A stretch of DNA of 64,000 bases from Podarcis bocagei (Eukaryota): assembly GCA_964188305.1 (NCBI GenBank), contig OZ076888.1. The stretch is one strand, 5' to 3'. How positions within the stretch are numbered: position 1 is the first letter of the stretch; each line of letters begins with the position of its first letter. The notes beneath the pieces were generated by a model that worked only from the letters and a program-made list of their open reading frames with translations, was not told the origin of the DNA and searched no databases. Of the stretch, positions 38,730 to 51,400 are shown in pieces. Both the position numbers and the translations under genes were made by a program.

Positions 38730-39180
38730 CTGGAAAGTAGGACGAGCCAGATGGTAATCGCGTCATTAACAAACAAACGTGGGATGGACAAGTGAAGTTT
38801 AAAATTGGGGAAGAGATCTGGCGAACAAAGACGGTTGCTGTTGACCAAATAGAGGAAAGTGGGAGGAGGGTCTCCTTCCATTCTGCCTACAGCTGGATAA
38901 TAAACGAGGGTCCATCTCCCCGCCCCCGGCTTCCCCTGTTGTGCGCCAGAAAGGGCCAGAGATAAACTTTTTGCAATAGGCAAATGTGGCATTTATTTAT
39001 GTGTAACCCTTTGTCGCCTCAAGTGTCCCCAATGGGCCTTTAATTCAAATCCCTGGTTTGATAGGGAGAGATTGATTCGCCCGAGTTTATTTTGATGGAA
39101 ACAAAGCGCCGCTTGTGCAAGTTTGGAAGGGGCAAAGAGTTCAATGGTTATTGGGGGGAGGGGGCTGGTAAGCCGGATCA
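38730..39180. promoter_or_regulatory. Candidate SOX2 enhancer (CNE-like)
   Basis: Unique sequence with Sox motifs (CTTTGT, ACAAAG, CAATGG), Nkx TCAAGTG, Fox-like AAACAAAC and Pbx-type TGATTGA-like motifs. Confidence 0.35.
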
Positions 39181-39620
39181 AGCAAATCTGAAGGGGTGGG
39201 GCGCAGTCAGCTCCTCGGGCAGAAGAGAGGACGGGGCATTCCAGGCTTCCTGAAGCCCTGCTGTTCCTCTTGCGTAGCTTTATGGGGCAGCATTCCTTCG
39301 ATTCTGTTGCTACGAACGTCCCGGCGATAAAAATCTAGCCCGATCCTGTCCGCGTTCACTGATCTAAGTGGCTTAGACCTGGGTAAGCACGCCTGAGATT
39401 GCAGCCACACATCCCTCAGTCCCGGGAAACATCAAGAAGACAGAATGCGGCAATTTTACATACACCAGTTCCAGCCCCCATGAAATCTGTGGGGCTTTCA
39501 ATAGAGTAAGGATGCAGAGGTCGCTTGCTCCAGGAGCCACACAGTGAAACGTACCTTTTTATTCAGACTAATGTCTGAGTTACTTTTCTCCCAGGTTGTG
39601 ATGACGTCATTGAATTTAAG

Positions 39621-39809
39621 CAGGGGTGCCAACTTGAATAAAATATTGTGGGGGCCCAGGTAAGCCCCACCCACGTAATCGATCACGTGACGCAGTGCAC
39701 ACACCTCATTTGAATGGGAATGCCCATCAACTTTGTGGGGGCCCGGCCCCCGCAAATACTTTATTGTCAGGGCTGAAGGCCCCACGGTCCCTAGGAGTTG
39801 GCTCCTATG
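39621..39809 (+). mobile_element. hAT-like MITE
   Basis: Imperfect TIR caggggtgccaact / agttggctcctatg; homologous to 24988-25184. Confidence 0.75.
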
Positions 39810-41539
39810 AATGAGAGTGAGCTGGCACCGGGATCATACACTACACTGGACTCAACATTGCAAGTGGGATTCTGTTGTTTTACTCCGAGTAGACCCATTG
39901 AAATTAATGAACATGAGCAAGTGAGCGTCATTAACTTCAAGGGGTCTCCTCCGAGTTGCTGCCACATCCATGTGTTCAATAGGGTCGCAATCTCTATAGG
40001 TTGAATCCCAAATCCTTCAGCCTAAATAGCTTTGGGGATCATGCTGTGTTTGCAGTTTATTTCAGTTTAGCCTCCATCAACTTGTAAAAACTGGCATTAA
40101 GCACTCGGCGTTAGCCCTACAGTCTGACTTAACTCCTGCGTTTCATTCCGGACCTAGAGATCCCGGTGTATTTGCAGGCAGGACACAAAGCCTGCTCACA
40201 TCCAACTGCTGCGTCTTAACACGTTTGCGAATCACATCCTTAAGTCCAGATATGTTGCCCCAACACACCAGCAAAGAATGGGTCCGGGTGGGGGAGGGGC
40301 TCGACAGAATTAAACAGAAGTTTTTTACGTTTTTAGCAGATTTACCTTAGTGGGACGAAATAAATTTAAAACCAGGACAACAGCTTAAAATGTCTTATAT
40401 AGCACAATAAGGCCCTTGCGGTTTCGATTCCCAAGCATATGCCGATACCTAACTCGGCTAAACTGGTTGTGGATTCGAATTTAGTCCCGTGGACATCAAA
40501 TCCACTTAAATACGAAGGCTGCGGTGTGAATGGCTTGTAGATTGCGATACATGTTATATCCGGTACATGCTTCCTATGTTAAAATTTGGTGCACAAGTAC
40601 TCGAAGAAAATTAACTCCGTTTTCATGAAAATAAGTGATCTCACGCTACCTACAGCTCCTGCAAGCCAACACGCAATGGCGTTGGAAAGGACAACTTCAA
40701 ATTGAAGAAATGTCTGAATGCTCTACGTAACTGCCATGTGAAGTAAAAGCTCATTTAAGGCGGTGACATGAAGAGAAAGAGACAGTAGCAGCAGCAGCAG
40801 CAGGAGCAAGGTTGTGGCTCCTAACTCTATGATTGCACCTGCTGCCCCCACATCCCGTTATGACTGCAGCCTGTTACTTCCACATACAGTCGATTTAGGA
40901 ATAGAAGGCACTTGTGTATCTGGAAGCTGTCCCCCACCCCAACTTCGTTTCCCAGGTAAAAAAATGTTCAGGTGCAAGTAGCCCCATCTGAGCAAGCGTC
41001 ACGGCCCGTTTATTCCAAGGGAACTTGTTTCCAAATAAATACCCAAACGCAGCAGCTTTTATCCAAATCCTGCATTGTGGATAGGACACATTCCCTCACG
41101 AAGGAAAGGTTCCTTCTTGTTGTGGTCTAAGTAAGGATGGGGGTCTCCCAGTATCCCTCGCGGCTAGAGGCCGAATTCACTCTTACATGAGAATTTTGCA
41201 TGTGAAATAGACCCACAAAAGGTTCTCCAGCCGTCCATTGTAGTGTCGCAGCCCGATCCTACGTATGCTGATTCTGAAGGGCGCCCCGCTGAGTTCAAGG
41301 GTTCTTCCTCTTCCCCAAAGCTGAAGCCTTCATATCTGTGTGTTTGTGTCCTTATTCCCCAGTGATAAGTGTACTTATATGGAAATCAACTGCATTGAAA
41401 TTAGTGTAGGCTTTAGCTCCATTGAAATGCATTTGGGATGGGGTTAATTTTGAGCAAGGGCGAGAGGAAGGGGTATTAAGAGGGGAAAGTTTTTTGGGCT
41501 TAAATAAAGTTGCAGGCTGAGGAAGGATCTTCGCTTGAA

Positions 41540-41990
41540 AATACGCCCTTTGAAGACTCCAAAGTGACAGACGGACCTAGGTTCTAAAGTTGAGCAGAGT
41601 TTGGATTGGGGGAGTTAATCTAACTTTAAAAGGGGGGGGGCTGGAAATCTTTCAAAGCCCTGAGGACTTACCCTCAAGGCCTTATTCAAAGAAAGAGAGA
41701 GAGAGGAGGGAGGGGGGGGGAGAGAACCAGCCTGGCGTTTCGTCACAGGCAATTGTAAAGGGGGTTCAAAGGACCGATCAAACAAGTTGCAGAGTAATCT
41801 ACATTAAAAGTCCGGATGGCGATGTTACAGCCTGCACCTGCAGGGTGTTTGCTCGCCGAGCCCCTCGCCGAGCTACAAATCATCAGGCGAAAAAGCCGCT
41901 TATGCTTCCTCTTTGCTTCTCCCAAGAGTTACAGGGCTTCTTTCCTTTGATGATATTTATACATCTTGTTACAGATAAGAGATTTTATTT
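41540..41990. promoter_or_regulatory. TCF/LEF-dense enhancer, candidate orthologue of SOX2 N1
   Basis: LEF-like sites at 41548, 41651, 41685, 41765, 41777 and 41945; ETS core CCGGAT at 41812; E-boxes CAATTG (41750) and CACCTG (41835). Confidence 0.55.
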
Positions 41991-42702
41991 TTTTTGAAAA
42001 GGAAAAAGAAAGAAAGAAGAATCCCTGAACACACACACACACACCAATACGTTTCTGCAAATGGTCTCTGTGGGAGTAATCCTGTGGCTCAGTGTCCTTG
42101 AAATAACTGGCCAAGCCCCCGGGTGAAACAGCGCCCCAGGAGTCCCAACCGGAGGAACCCCATCTCCAACCTGTTGCTGAATTGATCAGGGCCAGAGAGA
42201 ATTAAGGGCTGAGCTCATATCGCTCCATTGATTTAATGAGGCTGTGTGGTCTGCAGACCTCAGGCCGCTTACACCGAAGTAAGCCCGATGATGTCATAGC
42301 CGGAGGAAGTCTTTTGGAGAGCTGAAGCTCAGTTCAGCTTAAAACTGCTGCTTAACTGCGTGTGCTGATGGGACAACCCCTTTGGACTGCGGGCCTAAGG
42401 TTCATACAGAGGAGGCGGTTTGTTTTTCCTGGGCTCAGTCTAGCGAGCCTCCCCACTGAAACAGTCCTACGGAAATGTTTGGAAGGACGACAGTGGCAAA
42501 CGTCACCTAACCGCAGAACTGCGTAACTGACTTAAAAGTTGCCTGAGTGCCACAGAAAGTTGTTGGCTCAATTCTCATATGCAATGCTTTATGAAGTCCT
42601 AGATGTAAACCGGCCAAAACCCAAGCAATTTAAATGAACCGAGGTTCGAATTATATAGTACGTGGGACCTTTCTCTAGTGGCGGGATACAAATCTTCAAG
42701 AT

Positions 42703-42833
42703 CAAGGATGTCCAACAGGTAGATCTCGAGACCCTTCCCCCACCCCTCCAAAAAAAAGCTCAACAACTTTGGTAGATCACTGCCAGTTTTTTTATATAGT
42801 GGATCTCAGTCTCTTGAAAGTTGGACATGCCTG
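42703..42833. mobile_element. hAT-Charlie-type MITE
   Basis: TIR caaggatgtccaac / gttggacatgcctg; TSD ttcaagat/ttctagat. Confidence 0.8.
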
Positions 42834-45800
42834 TTCTAGATAAATAAACCTATTCATCTGAAACCAGATCTAGCAGAAGTGAAGCATTTTCACCTTTCAC
42901 GAATTTCAGGCGCGCAGTTGTCCCGCGGAAGATAAATGCGCACGTAGCCTCAGCGCGTTTACTGGCAAGGAAATACCCTCCGAGTTGAATGGGATTTTCT
43001 CCGGAGTAATTAAAAACGGCTTCACTTTGGATGTATCTTACATTTTCTTTTTATAATGCCTTTGCTTTTAAACCCAACTATAGTTCTATATATTCACACA
43101 CACACCCCATAATCATGCTATGCTAATAGAAAGAAGAGTGGGAGGGGGAAGAGAAGCTGTCCCTCTGGAGTTTGGCCCTCGATTCTAAACCAGGGGGGCT
43201 CGCTTGAAAGTGAAGTTATGGTTTCGGGGCCTGACAGGTTACTCGGTAGTAAGCGCCAGTGTTCAGTGGGACCTCCATCCAAGAAAGGCTGCCGCCTGAG
43301 ATCATAGCAATGCAATTCTGGAGTGACCCCTTTCCTTTCCTAACTCCAGCTGAGCCCCATTTCTGCAAGTCACCCAAGGACCCACCCACCACTCCAGGGG
43401 TGATCCCGGTCTTTTTGTTATCTGTTGGGGGGGGGAGCGGCTGATTTGCTTCTTTTGAACACACTTTGGGGAGATGAAATCAGGAAAGGAGAGAGGGAGA
43501 GGGGGAGGGAGGGAGAGAGAAGGGAAGGGGGAGACTAGGAAATGCGAAAACCCCAAAGACCCTGGGAAAAGTGCACGCGAGTTTGGCAATCCAGGAAGGC
43601 AGAGAAGAGTTATTTCCTTGCGTGCGGCTCGGTTTGGTTTCTCCCCACTCCAAACCCCAGCAGCAGCTTGCGACGTGCCAGCCAAGATCAACATATATCT
43701 TTTCCCCTTTGAGCGTCAGCGGAGCGATCAGTAGATCGGTTACTTCTCCTTCGAGTTGCCACCGTAACCGGGGAGACGGAAGGAGAGCTGGGACGTATCG
43801 GAACGTTTAAAAGTCCCTGCAAAGATTTTCTCACAGCTGCGGGAGGCGCAAATATGGAAATGAGCTCATTATGTGGAGGGAGGGGCAGCAGGCAGTGCCC
43901 CTGCTCTCCCTCCTGCTTCCACAACTCCCAATCCTGGGATCATCTAAACACGAAATCAGCCAAAACAAGTCCTCGCCAAGAAGCTACCAACTGCAGTTTC
44001 GCCTGTACAAATATGTCAATTTCAACGATTATGCAGCGTTTTGTTTAGATCGCGCTGAGCGGCTTCTCTCTCTCTCTCTCTGTATCCCTTCGCAGACAGC
44101 CGTACCTGTTGTGTTATCATTAACCCTTCGCACGGCGGCAGAGACCTCACAACAATTTAGGGGAGAGTGGCAGCGGGGAGATAAGAGGGGGCCGGGAAGG
44201 AAGACCTCTTCAGCGAGCGCAAAAAAGAAATGTCATGCAAATTTGCAATTTGCAACGACGCCTTTGCCACCTCCTCGGAAGCAAGTCCGGCTGATTTCAG
44301 TGAGCGAGTAAGCGAGCCTAATCTATGTGTCTCCAGTCTGACTCACCAATCCTGATTATATTACTTGGAAGAGAGTTGCATTTAAATCAATAGGAGTTGC
44401 TTCCCAAAAACTTGCGAGTGGGTTTAGCCGTCTCTCCACAAATCCAAATGCCTGAAAAAGGGGCAACCGAAAACTTCCTGCCTTCCATAAAAGTATTGAC
44501 AAGTATAAACGGGAAGATGCGCCATACGAGGAAGGGGGGGAGGTCCGTTTGTGTGGAACAACCCAGTCTACACTTGGCGGGTTTTGCAAATTAAAACAGA
44601 GACAAGGGAGCCTTGCGAAAACTGGCACGGTGTCCCACCAACCCCCGGGTAAAACTCTGTGTGTGCTTGGAAGTGGTAAGCAAAACACCAAGGAAATCCA
44701 ATGGATTTGCTCGGTGGAGAGCTCTATCTGGCGCTTCTGGCCAGAGCTGTTTAGCTCAGCTCTTTACACCCTTGGAGAAGAAGAATGCTATACATCACCC
44801 TTTAATCTCCTACTGAGTGAACTCCGGAGCGCATCAAAGCGCGCATTGTTGAACGCTTGGGGGAGAACCAACAAGACTAGGCGGAGGATCGGCATTGTTC
44901 CCAAGGCTTGTTGGGGAAAAGTTTTCTAAATAAACTCCTTTCAGCACAGTTAGATTTAAAGGGGTGGCAGTGGATGGGAATTGGGGGAGGGGTGCTGGTC
45001 TATTGCCCTCCGTCGCTATTTTCCCAAACAGGTTGGCGATCCAAGCACGCACTGCCCGGTCCAAAACCTGCGCCCAGACTAGGATATATTTGGAGGCGAT
45101 GGGAAAGTCAAACCCACAAGCAATTTGGGACTCCATCTTAACCCTCCTGACGGTGAGGTTTAGTGCAATATACTTCTTCAGATTTAGTGTATAATCCCAA
45201 ATGGCTTCGATCCTGATGTACACCATCCTTACTCCAAAGTAAGCCCCGTTTGTTTTAGTGGGGCGATTCCCAAGTAGATGTGCTTAGGGATGCAACCTTG
45301 AATCTCCAGATATTTCTTTAGGAGGTCTATCCTATGGGTTTACTCGGAAGTAAACCCTACTGGGATGTTTGGGACATTTATCTGGACTGTGGCATTTTAT
45401 TGCATAGGCTGAAGCCTGAGACTGGGTTTTGGAGCGAGCTGAACCGAATTCTCTAGCTAAGTATTTCGGCGTCGCTCTCAGATCCACATTCCCTTTTAAT
45501 ATAAAAGGGCAGCTATACCAGAGTGAGGAGCTTCAGAGATGGGTTTTTTAAAAACCGGGATCCTGTTGCATTCTATGTGCCACTTGGTGTAAACACTGAG
45601 GGTCGCCCTAGTGGCAGAAAACAGGTGTTTTGTTTCTCTGTTGACGGCCCATTAGTATCTCGCATCTTGCTGAGAGTTTGATCAGTTTCACACGAACTGA
45701 GAAAAGAGGGGCGGGGGGAGAGAGGGGGGGATTGAGAGAAGGGCAGCCGCTGCTGCTCCCAGATGAGAAATTGACTAACAGGTAGTTGAATGAGCAGAAG

Positions 45801-46025
45801 GGAGACCAGAAGGCGAAATTCCCTCAGTAAGCAGCGGCCGAACAGACCTGGATATGTTTTCAGGCTGTTCATTGCTGCAGCGGAACCCGAATTCAACTGG
45901 AGCATAAAAGTCTTGGAATTGCTGCGAAACTGAAGCTTTCTCCCAGTTTGAGGCTGAGCCTCTCGTGCTTATAAACAAAATGAGGCTGAATAAAACAGAA
46001 GAAAACAGAAGCACTCATACAGAAG

Positions 46026-46027
<2 letters not shown>

Positions 46028-46070
<43 letters not shown>
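46028..46070. repeat. (GA)n microsatellite
   Basis: Direct observation. Confidence 0.97.
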
Positions 46071-46074
<4 letters not shown>

Positions 46075-47121
46075 GGAAGGGAAATTCTCTACGAGAGGAA
46101 ACCATGAGCGCAGTTGTGTGTGAGAGAGTTTTAAGGACCCGGCATTAATTTGCTGTGTAGTGTCCCTTTCTCCTTTCCTGTGAAACCTACCATATAAACA
46201 GGCTGTATAGCAACCAGGCACAAGGGGAAAGGGAGAGGGGGCTGTTTGTATTTGTTTCTGGAATATTTGGGTTGTTGCTAGGATGTCAGAACAAAACAAC
46301 AACAACAAAGCCCAACCGGAGAGATCTCCCCAAAGGGGCTGGGGAGGAGGGGCAGGGGGGTTGTGGCAGGGGGAAAGTGCAGACATCTGCTGAAGCTTCC
46401 ATCTCTAAGCTGGTCATTTCCAGGAGGCAACTTTCTGAAAATCTCCACAATTAGATCTGCATTGTTCTTTCCCAACAACACGGCGTGGAAAGAAAAGGTC
46501 CTCTCTGTCGGGGCCAATCCAAGGAAGCGTTTGAGGTTATTAAATAATAAAGCGATTGTGATTTACATTGTGGTGCTGGAAAAAAGGGCCAATTAACCAC
46601 TGTTATGTTGCCATAAAGATCATATTAACTCGAATTAGTAATCTAACAATACGCTGTCTTAAAAAAGAAAAAAAGGAAAAGGAAAGAGTACAGAAGGGGT
46701 GACAATACGGATGTTACTGTTGCAGACCGGGTGTGTTGTCTTTCCTGAATTCTTCATTCTTTTAAATTCCTTATTAATAATAATAATACAATGATAATTA
46801 ATAATACTAATAATCAGAAACACAGAAATGCACTTGAAAGATGAATTGAAGCTTCCTGCTAAAAAGATAACAAACAAAACACAGAAGGAAGAAAATTAAA
46901 ATTAAAATGGGGGGTGGGAAGAGGGTATAACCGCGCGTGCGAATACAGGAAGCTCTCCAGCAACGATTGTTTTCAATTAATTCTGAGCCCACCCAAATCT
47001 GATTCCCGAGTTCCCGTTTGGAAATGTTTTAGGAATTAATTAATCCTCTAAAGAGGGGGAGGGGAGAGCGGGCGAAACAGGGCTCCTTCATTGCTATGAC
47101 TTTTGCAGCTGTGGTATATAT

Positions 47122-47125
<4 letters not shown>

Positions 47126-47162
<37 letters not shown>
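47126..47162. repeat. (GT)n microsatellite
   Basis: Direct observation. Confidence 0.97.
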
Positions 47163-47165
<3 letters not shown>

Positions 47166-47541
47166 GCACGCATACACGCGCACGCACATATAGTTTGCAA
47201 GCCCCACATGCAACCCTCGACTTAAATCTGCGTGAGAGAGAAAGCCCAACCCAAACCTAAACCCTCGCCTTAGTGTTCTCCGCCATAATCAAATAATATA
47301 TTTTTTTTGCTTTAAAGCAGTTATTAGGTTTATAACTCGTTTCCCACTTAAATTTGTGCAACCAACCAAGGCAATCTAAATAGGCTGCAGCAGCCTCGTG
47401 GGTACCGCAAGCAGGCATTAATAAGAAGGATTAATTATGGGTGTGTACATCAATGGGGCACAAAGACTCTCAAGTAGCACGGGGGGGGGGAGAGAGGGGG
47501 AAGTCGCAGGCAGCCAGTGAGGAGCTGCATTTCGTCTAAGG

Positions 47542-47677
47542 CAGGCATCCCCAAACTCGGCCCTCCAGATGTGTTGGGACTACAACTCCCATCATCCCTA
47601 GCTAACAGGACCAGTGGTCAGAGATGATGGGAACTGCAGTCCCAAAACATCTGGAGGACTGAGTTTGGGGGTGCCTA
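47542..47677. mobile_element. Palindromic hAT-Charlie-type MITE (family of 28381)
   Basis: Same arms as the 28381 copy, inverted loop; TSD gtctaagg/gtctaagc. Confidence 0.9.
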
Positions 47678-48449
47678 GTCTAAGCGATGGCGCAGGTTCT
47701 CTACGCTGAGGGCAGGCTCCCACCCTAAAGGCATATTTTGGGAGGTAAAATATGCATGGAAGTCTCATGCGTGGAAGTCAATGCGACTTTCTCCCGTGGG
47801 TATATTTTTAAGGTGTGCCTGCAAAGTGTCCTATTTCCATCGACTGCTTTTAGAATCCGATCCATGACTCAGTTAAGCCGAAATCCTTGAGCTGACTGAA
47901 GTAATTAACTCTACTGTCTCGATCCACAATTAGTAAAGCCGAAGTCTTTGCGTCAAAACCCTTTTATAAGTCTCTAAATGATTTCCTCTAAACTGTGAAG
48001 GATTCGGTTTAGTTGAAGTCGATCCGCAGCTCAGTTAAGCCATTTAGGCGGAAGCTTATCATTGGAACTATTAACCCCTTCCACTACAACGTGCCCCTGC
48101 CGAAATCCTTCATTTTAAAAGCTGAACACTCCAAATTAGCGATTTATCGATAGTGTGGTTAGTGATCAGTCTCTGCATGCCGGTCAGCTTCGCCCGCCCC
48201 CATCTTTCCACAAGATCTTGGCCCGGCTGGCTTGTGTGCTGAATAGACCCAGCAAGTTTATATGGATAAAGACAAGAAGAAATTGGTCGGGTTATGGCCT
48301 CGATCCTCAGTCACTTGCGAGGAGGCAGCATCCTTGAGGTCAATGAGGCCACTCTCGAGAAGTGGCGTCAGGTGGCAATTTATAATGCACCCACTTGTGG
48401 GCTGTTGCACTTCGAACGGGTCTCGTTGAAGCTGAGCAGAACACTATCT

Positions 48450-48900
48450 AATATTTTGTGCTTTTGGAAAAGGGAAAGAACCACGTGAACATGCGCACAA
48501 CGCTTCCTCGGGGCCTTTTCTGTATGTCTCCCCTAGAAACACAATGCTGGAAAGGGCATTGAAACCGGAGGAGGGAGGGGAAGGAGGGGGCTGTTGCATC
48601 TTTCTGGCCCGGTTGATTGTCTCTGGTACCCGGGTTCTCTCTGTTGACATGGAGACGCTCCGAGACCCAGCCTCTCCGTCCTCTGAACAGGAAGAGTCAG
48701 CAGAAGAGAACTGCTTTGCCAACCGCTCCAGAAGTTGATGCTATTTGTTACCATAATTCTCCACCCCCCCCCCAAAGCCCCTTTTCCGGTTACATGGTTT
48801 TTCATAAGCAAACACTGAGCCATTTCCTCGGCGCAATGCATCACCAAGCCCGTCCAAAAGGGTCTAATCTGCTTCGCGCAGAAACCAAGCAGTAACAGCC
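48450..48900. promoter_or_regulatory. Candidate neural enhancer (RFX + Sox)
   Basis: X-box GTTGACATGGAGAC at 48643-48656, Sox ACAATG/ATTGT, E-box CACGTG. Confidence 0.4.
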
Positions 48901-50989
48901 TGGTAGGCTGCCCTTGTGAAGCTAGGAAAATACCTTCTCAGTAACTTGCCCCTCCCGCAATAGGAAGAATAGAAGAAGAGAGACGCGAGGGTGGGGTGGG
49001 GAGGGGGATGGACGGGGCCCGTCCTTTGCCTTGTTGCTTCTTAATACCCTGATCGTGTCCAAATAAGCCATCAACACTTGCACAGAATGCAAACTTTCCA
49101 AGCTCTACCTTCATTCTCTCCCCCTCCCCATCCCGAAATTATGATACGCTGCTCAATTGTAGCCCAGCCAGGCAACAACTCGATTATACTGGAATACAAC
49201 GCGTTTATTTTCCCGCATATAAGGCTTCAGGTTCCTGGGATTAATTGAGTCGCGAAGGAACTGGTCCAAGTTTACTAGCGGATCCAGAGATCCGGGTTGG
49301 GTACACAGATCCAGCCAAAGTGATGCAGGAATCCTTCATTCATGGAAGTCCGCGCGCCTTAAAAGGTTAGCTAAGTCCCGACTCTGTATATAGATAGGAT
49401 GGTCTGCTAAACATGAGGACATCAGGCTGAAATGAATGAAATTTGCTTCCCTTGTAAGGCTGACACGGTAAGGGGATCTCAGATGCCAGAGACCAACCAG
49501 CAAACAAGTTAAGATACTCTTCTTGCGGTTCAACTCACAACTGCCTGTACAATTCTCAGATCACGTAAGCCAAAGTAGACAGGTGGGAGTTACTAAATAG
49601 CCGAGAGATTGAGGAATGAAGCTGTTGATACAGCAACCCTAAATGTATGCAAGTAGATCTAAATCTTACTGAAATCAGCGGGGATGACTTTTAACTCAAT
49701 GTGCTTAACAGCTTAAGTGAAAGCATGTTGCATAGCAGGAACTTGTTCTATTGCTTAAACAATTTATATACCGCTTAGCTACAATAGTCTCCAAGCAGTA
49801 TATAAGCATATGTGCACTAGCCTTTGGGTTCTCAGCCGGCCAAGGCTGAGAGACAGCCCAGCCTGGTCCTTACAGGGAAATGAACACCACTGTAGTAGGA
49901 GACAGAGTTTCCTATTTCAAAAAAGTAGACATATGATTGCAGGCTTTAGCACAAATATTCAAGAGTAAGTCCTGCCTAATTTAGCAGCCCAAGCCTAAAC
50001 ATGCTTATTCAGATCTAAGTCCTGTTGAATTTAATGGGGTTTACTCCCAGGTAGATGGGGTTAGGATTGCAAGCCTGAGTGTGACTTACTTTCGAGTAAG
50101 CATGCACAGCATCAGGCTGCAACTCACACTTTGTTAGACAGAGCTTATATTCAGGTATAGGTGTGCAGGCTGACCAGGGCGGAAGTCCCATTAAAATTAG
50201 TTAATTAAAGATATCAATAAAATGTCTTTTATGATCGAGACCACAGCGAAGTCCATGGAATTTCAAGCAAATTTAAACGTTTATTTGCATACACGGGGCG
50301 GGGTCTACAGACTTCCGCCTACTGGAGCGGATGGGTCTGAAAAGGGGGAATGGGCGCCTCTAACGGTAGAATTCGTGCGTGTATGTGTGCGTGTCTACAA
50401 CCGAAGTTGGAATATCTCCATTCAGCTGACAGTTTAAACAACTAAATCAAAATGCTGGTAACGGCCCGCGATTGTAGACCGACTTCAATCCAAGTAACTG
50501 GGCCTAAGTGAGCCCGGCCTTAAATCGCGCCAAAAGATTTCGATAGGGCAGGTTGCCATCCTAAGCACTCTGAACCACTGAATTAAAGAAAACACACAAA
50601 GAAAGATTCGTCTAGCCCTGATCTTTACTTGCCCTGTTGTTCTGAAATCTTGATATAAATGGCTATAACACCCCCCTTTTTTTGCAATACTGAAGGAAGT
50701 TTTTATTAACAGAGTTTTATGTAATCTTTGTAGGCTCGCGTACTCCTGAGGCGTCTAGTTTCATAAACTGGAGATACTTTTAAAGGCTGCGATTTACTTA
50801 TTTTTAAGTGCCTACCTAGGGAGAAAAGGCATCAGATTTTGTGTTAGTGGGAGGAGGGGGGAAGGCCCAAATGTTCATTAAATGAATAACTCCAGCTAGC
50901 GTCACCGCATAGACACTTTCTGAACTGAGAACTGTGGAGAGGAGAAGGGGAGGGGGTTAAAGGGGGTGAGAGCCTGAACGTGTTAGCTG

Positions 50990-51400
50990 ATGCCCTGCCG
51001 GCTGACAGTGTGTGGTCTATTGTAGGGAATGTGCCTCTTCCACTGAACAGAACCTTCTCTCCCCCCCCCCCCTCACGCTTTCCACCCTAGCATTACTGCA
51101 CCTGCACTGGCTGAGGGAACTGCAGCCATTCACCACATCAGCGCAGAAGACATCTTTGACAGCACTCAATTCATTACATTTCTTCCTGCTTTTCAAACCA
51201 ACCAACACACGCACACACACACACTCACCAAATGAGCCTTGCCGGTGAGTGACAGTCCTCTCCCCTCCCTCCCTCTCTCCCCGCCCTCCCAAAAATCGTA
51301 CAATAAAGTTGTATGTATGGTGGTGGCGGCGCTCCTTTGGCGATTGCATGAAGAAGTGAACTAGCTTCCGTTAATAACTCGTCTCTCCTTAAAGGCAGCA
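50990..51400. promoter_or_regulatory. Candidate conserved enhancer
   Basis: Three Meis TGACAG motifs, Sox CTATTGT and ACAAT, TEAD GGAATG in unique sequence. Confidence 0.35.

Noticed and set aside
45596-45616. CTCF-like motif (GCCACTAGGGCGAC on minus); similar weak hits near 8021 and 48365
   Set aside because: Several mismatches to the core; cannot be supported without a PWM scan or ChIP data.
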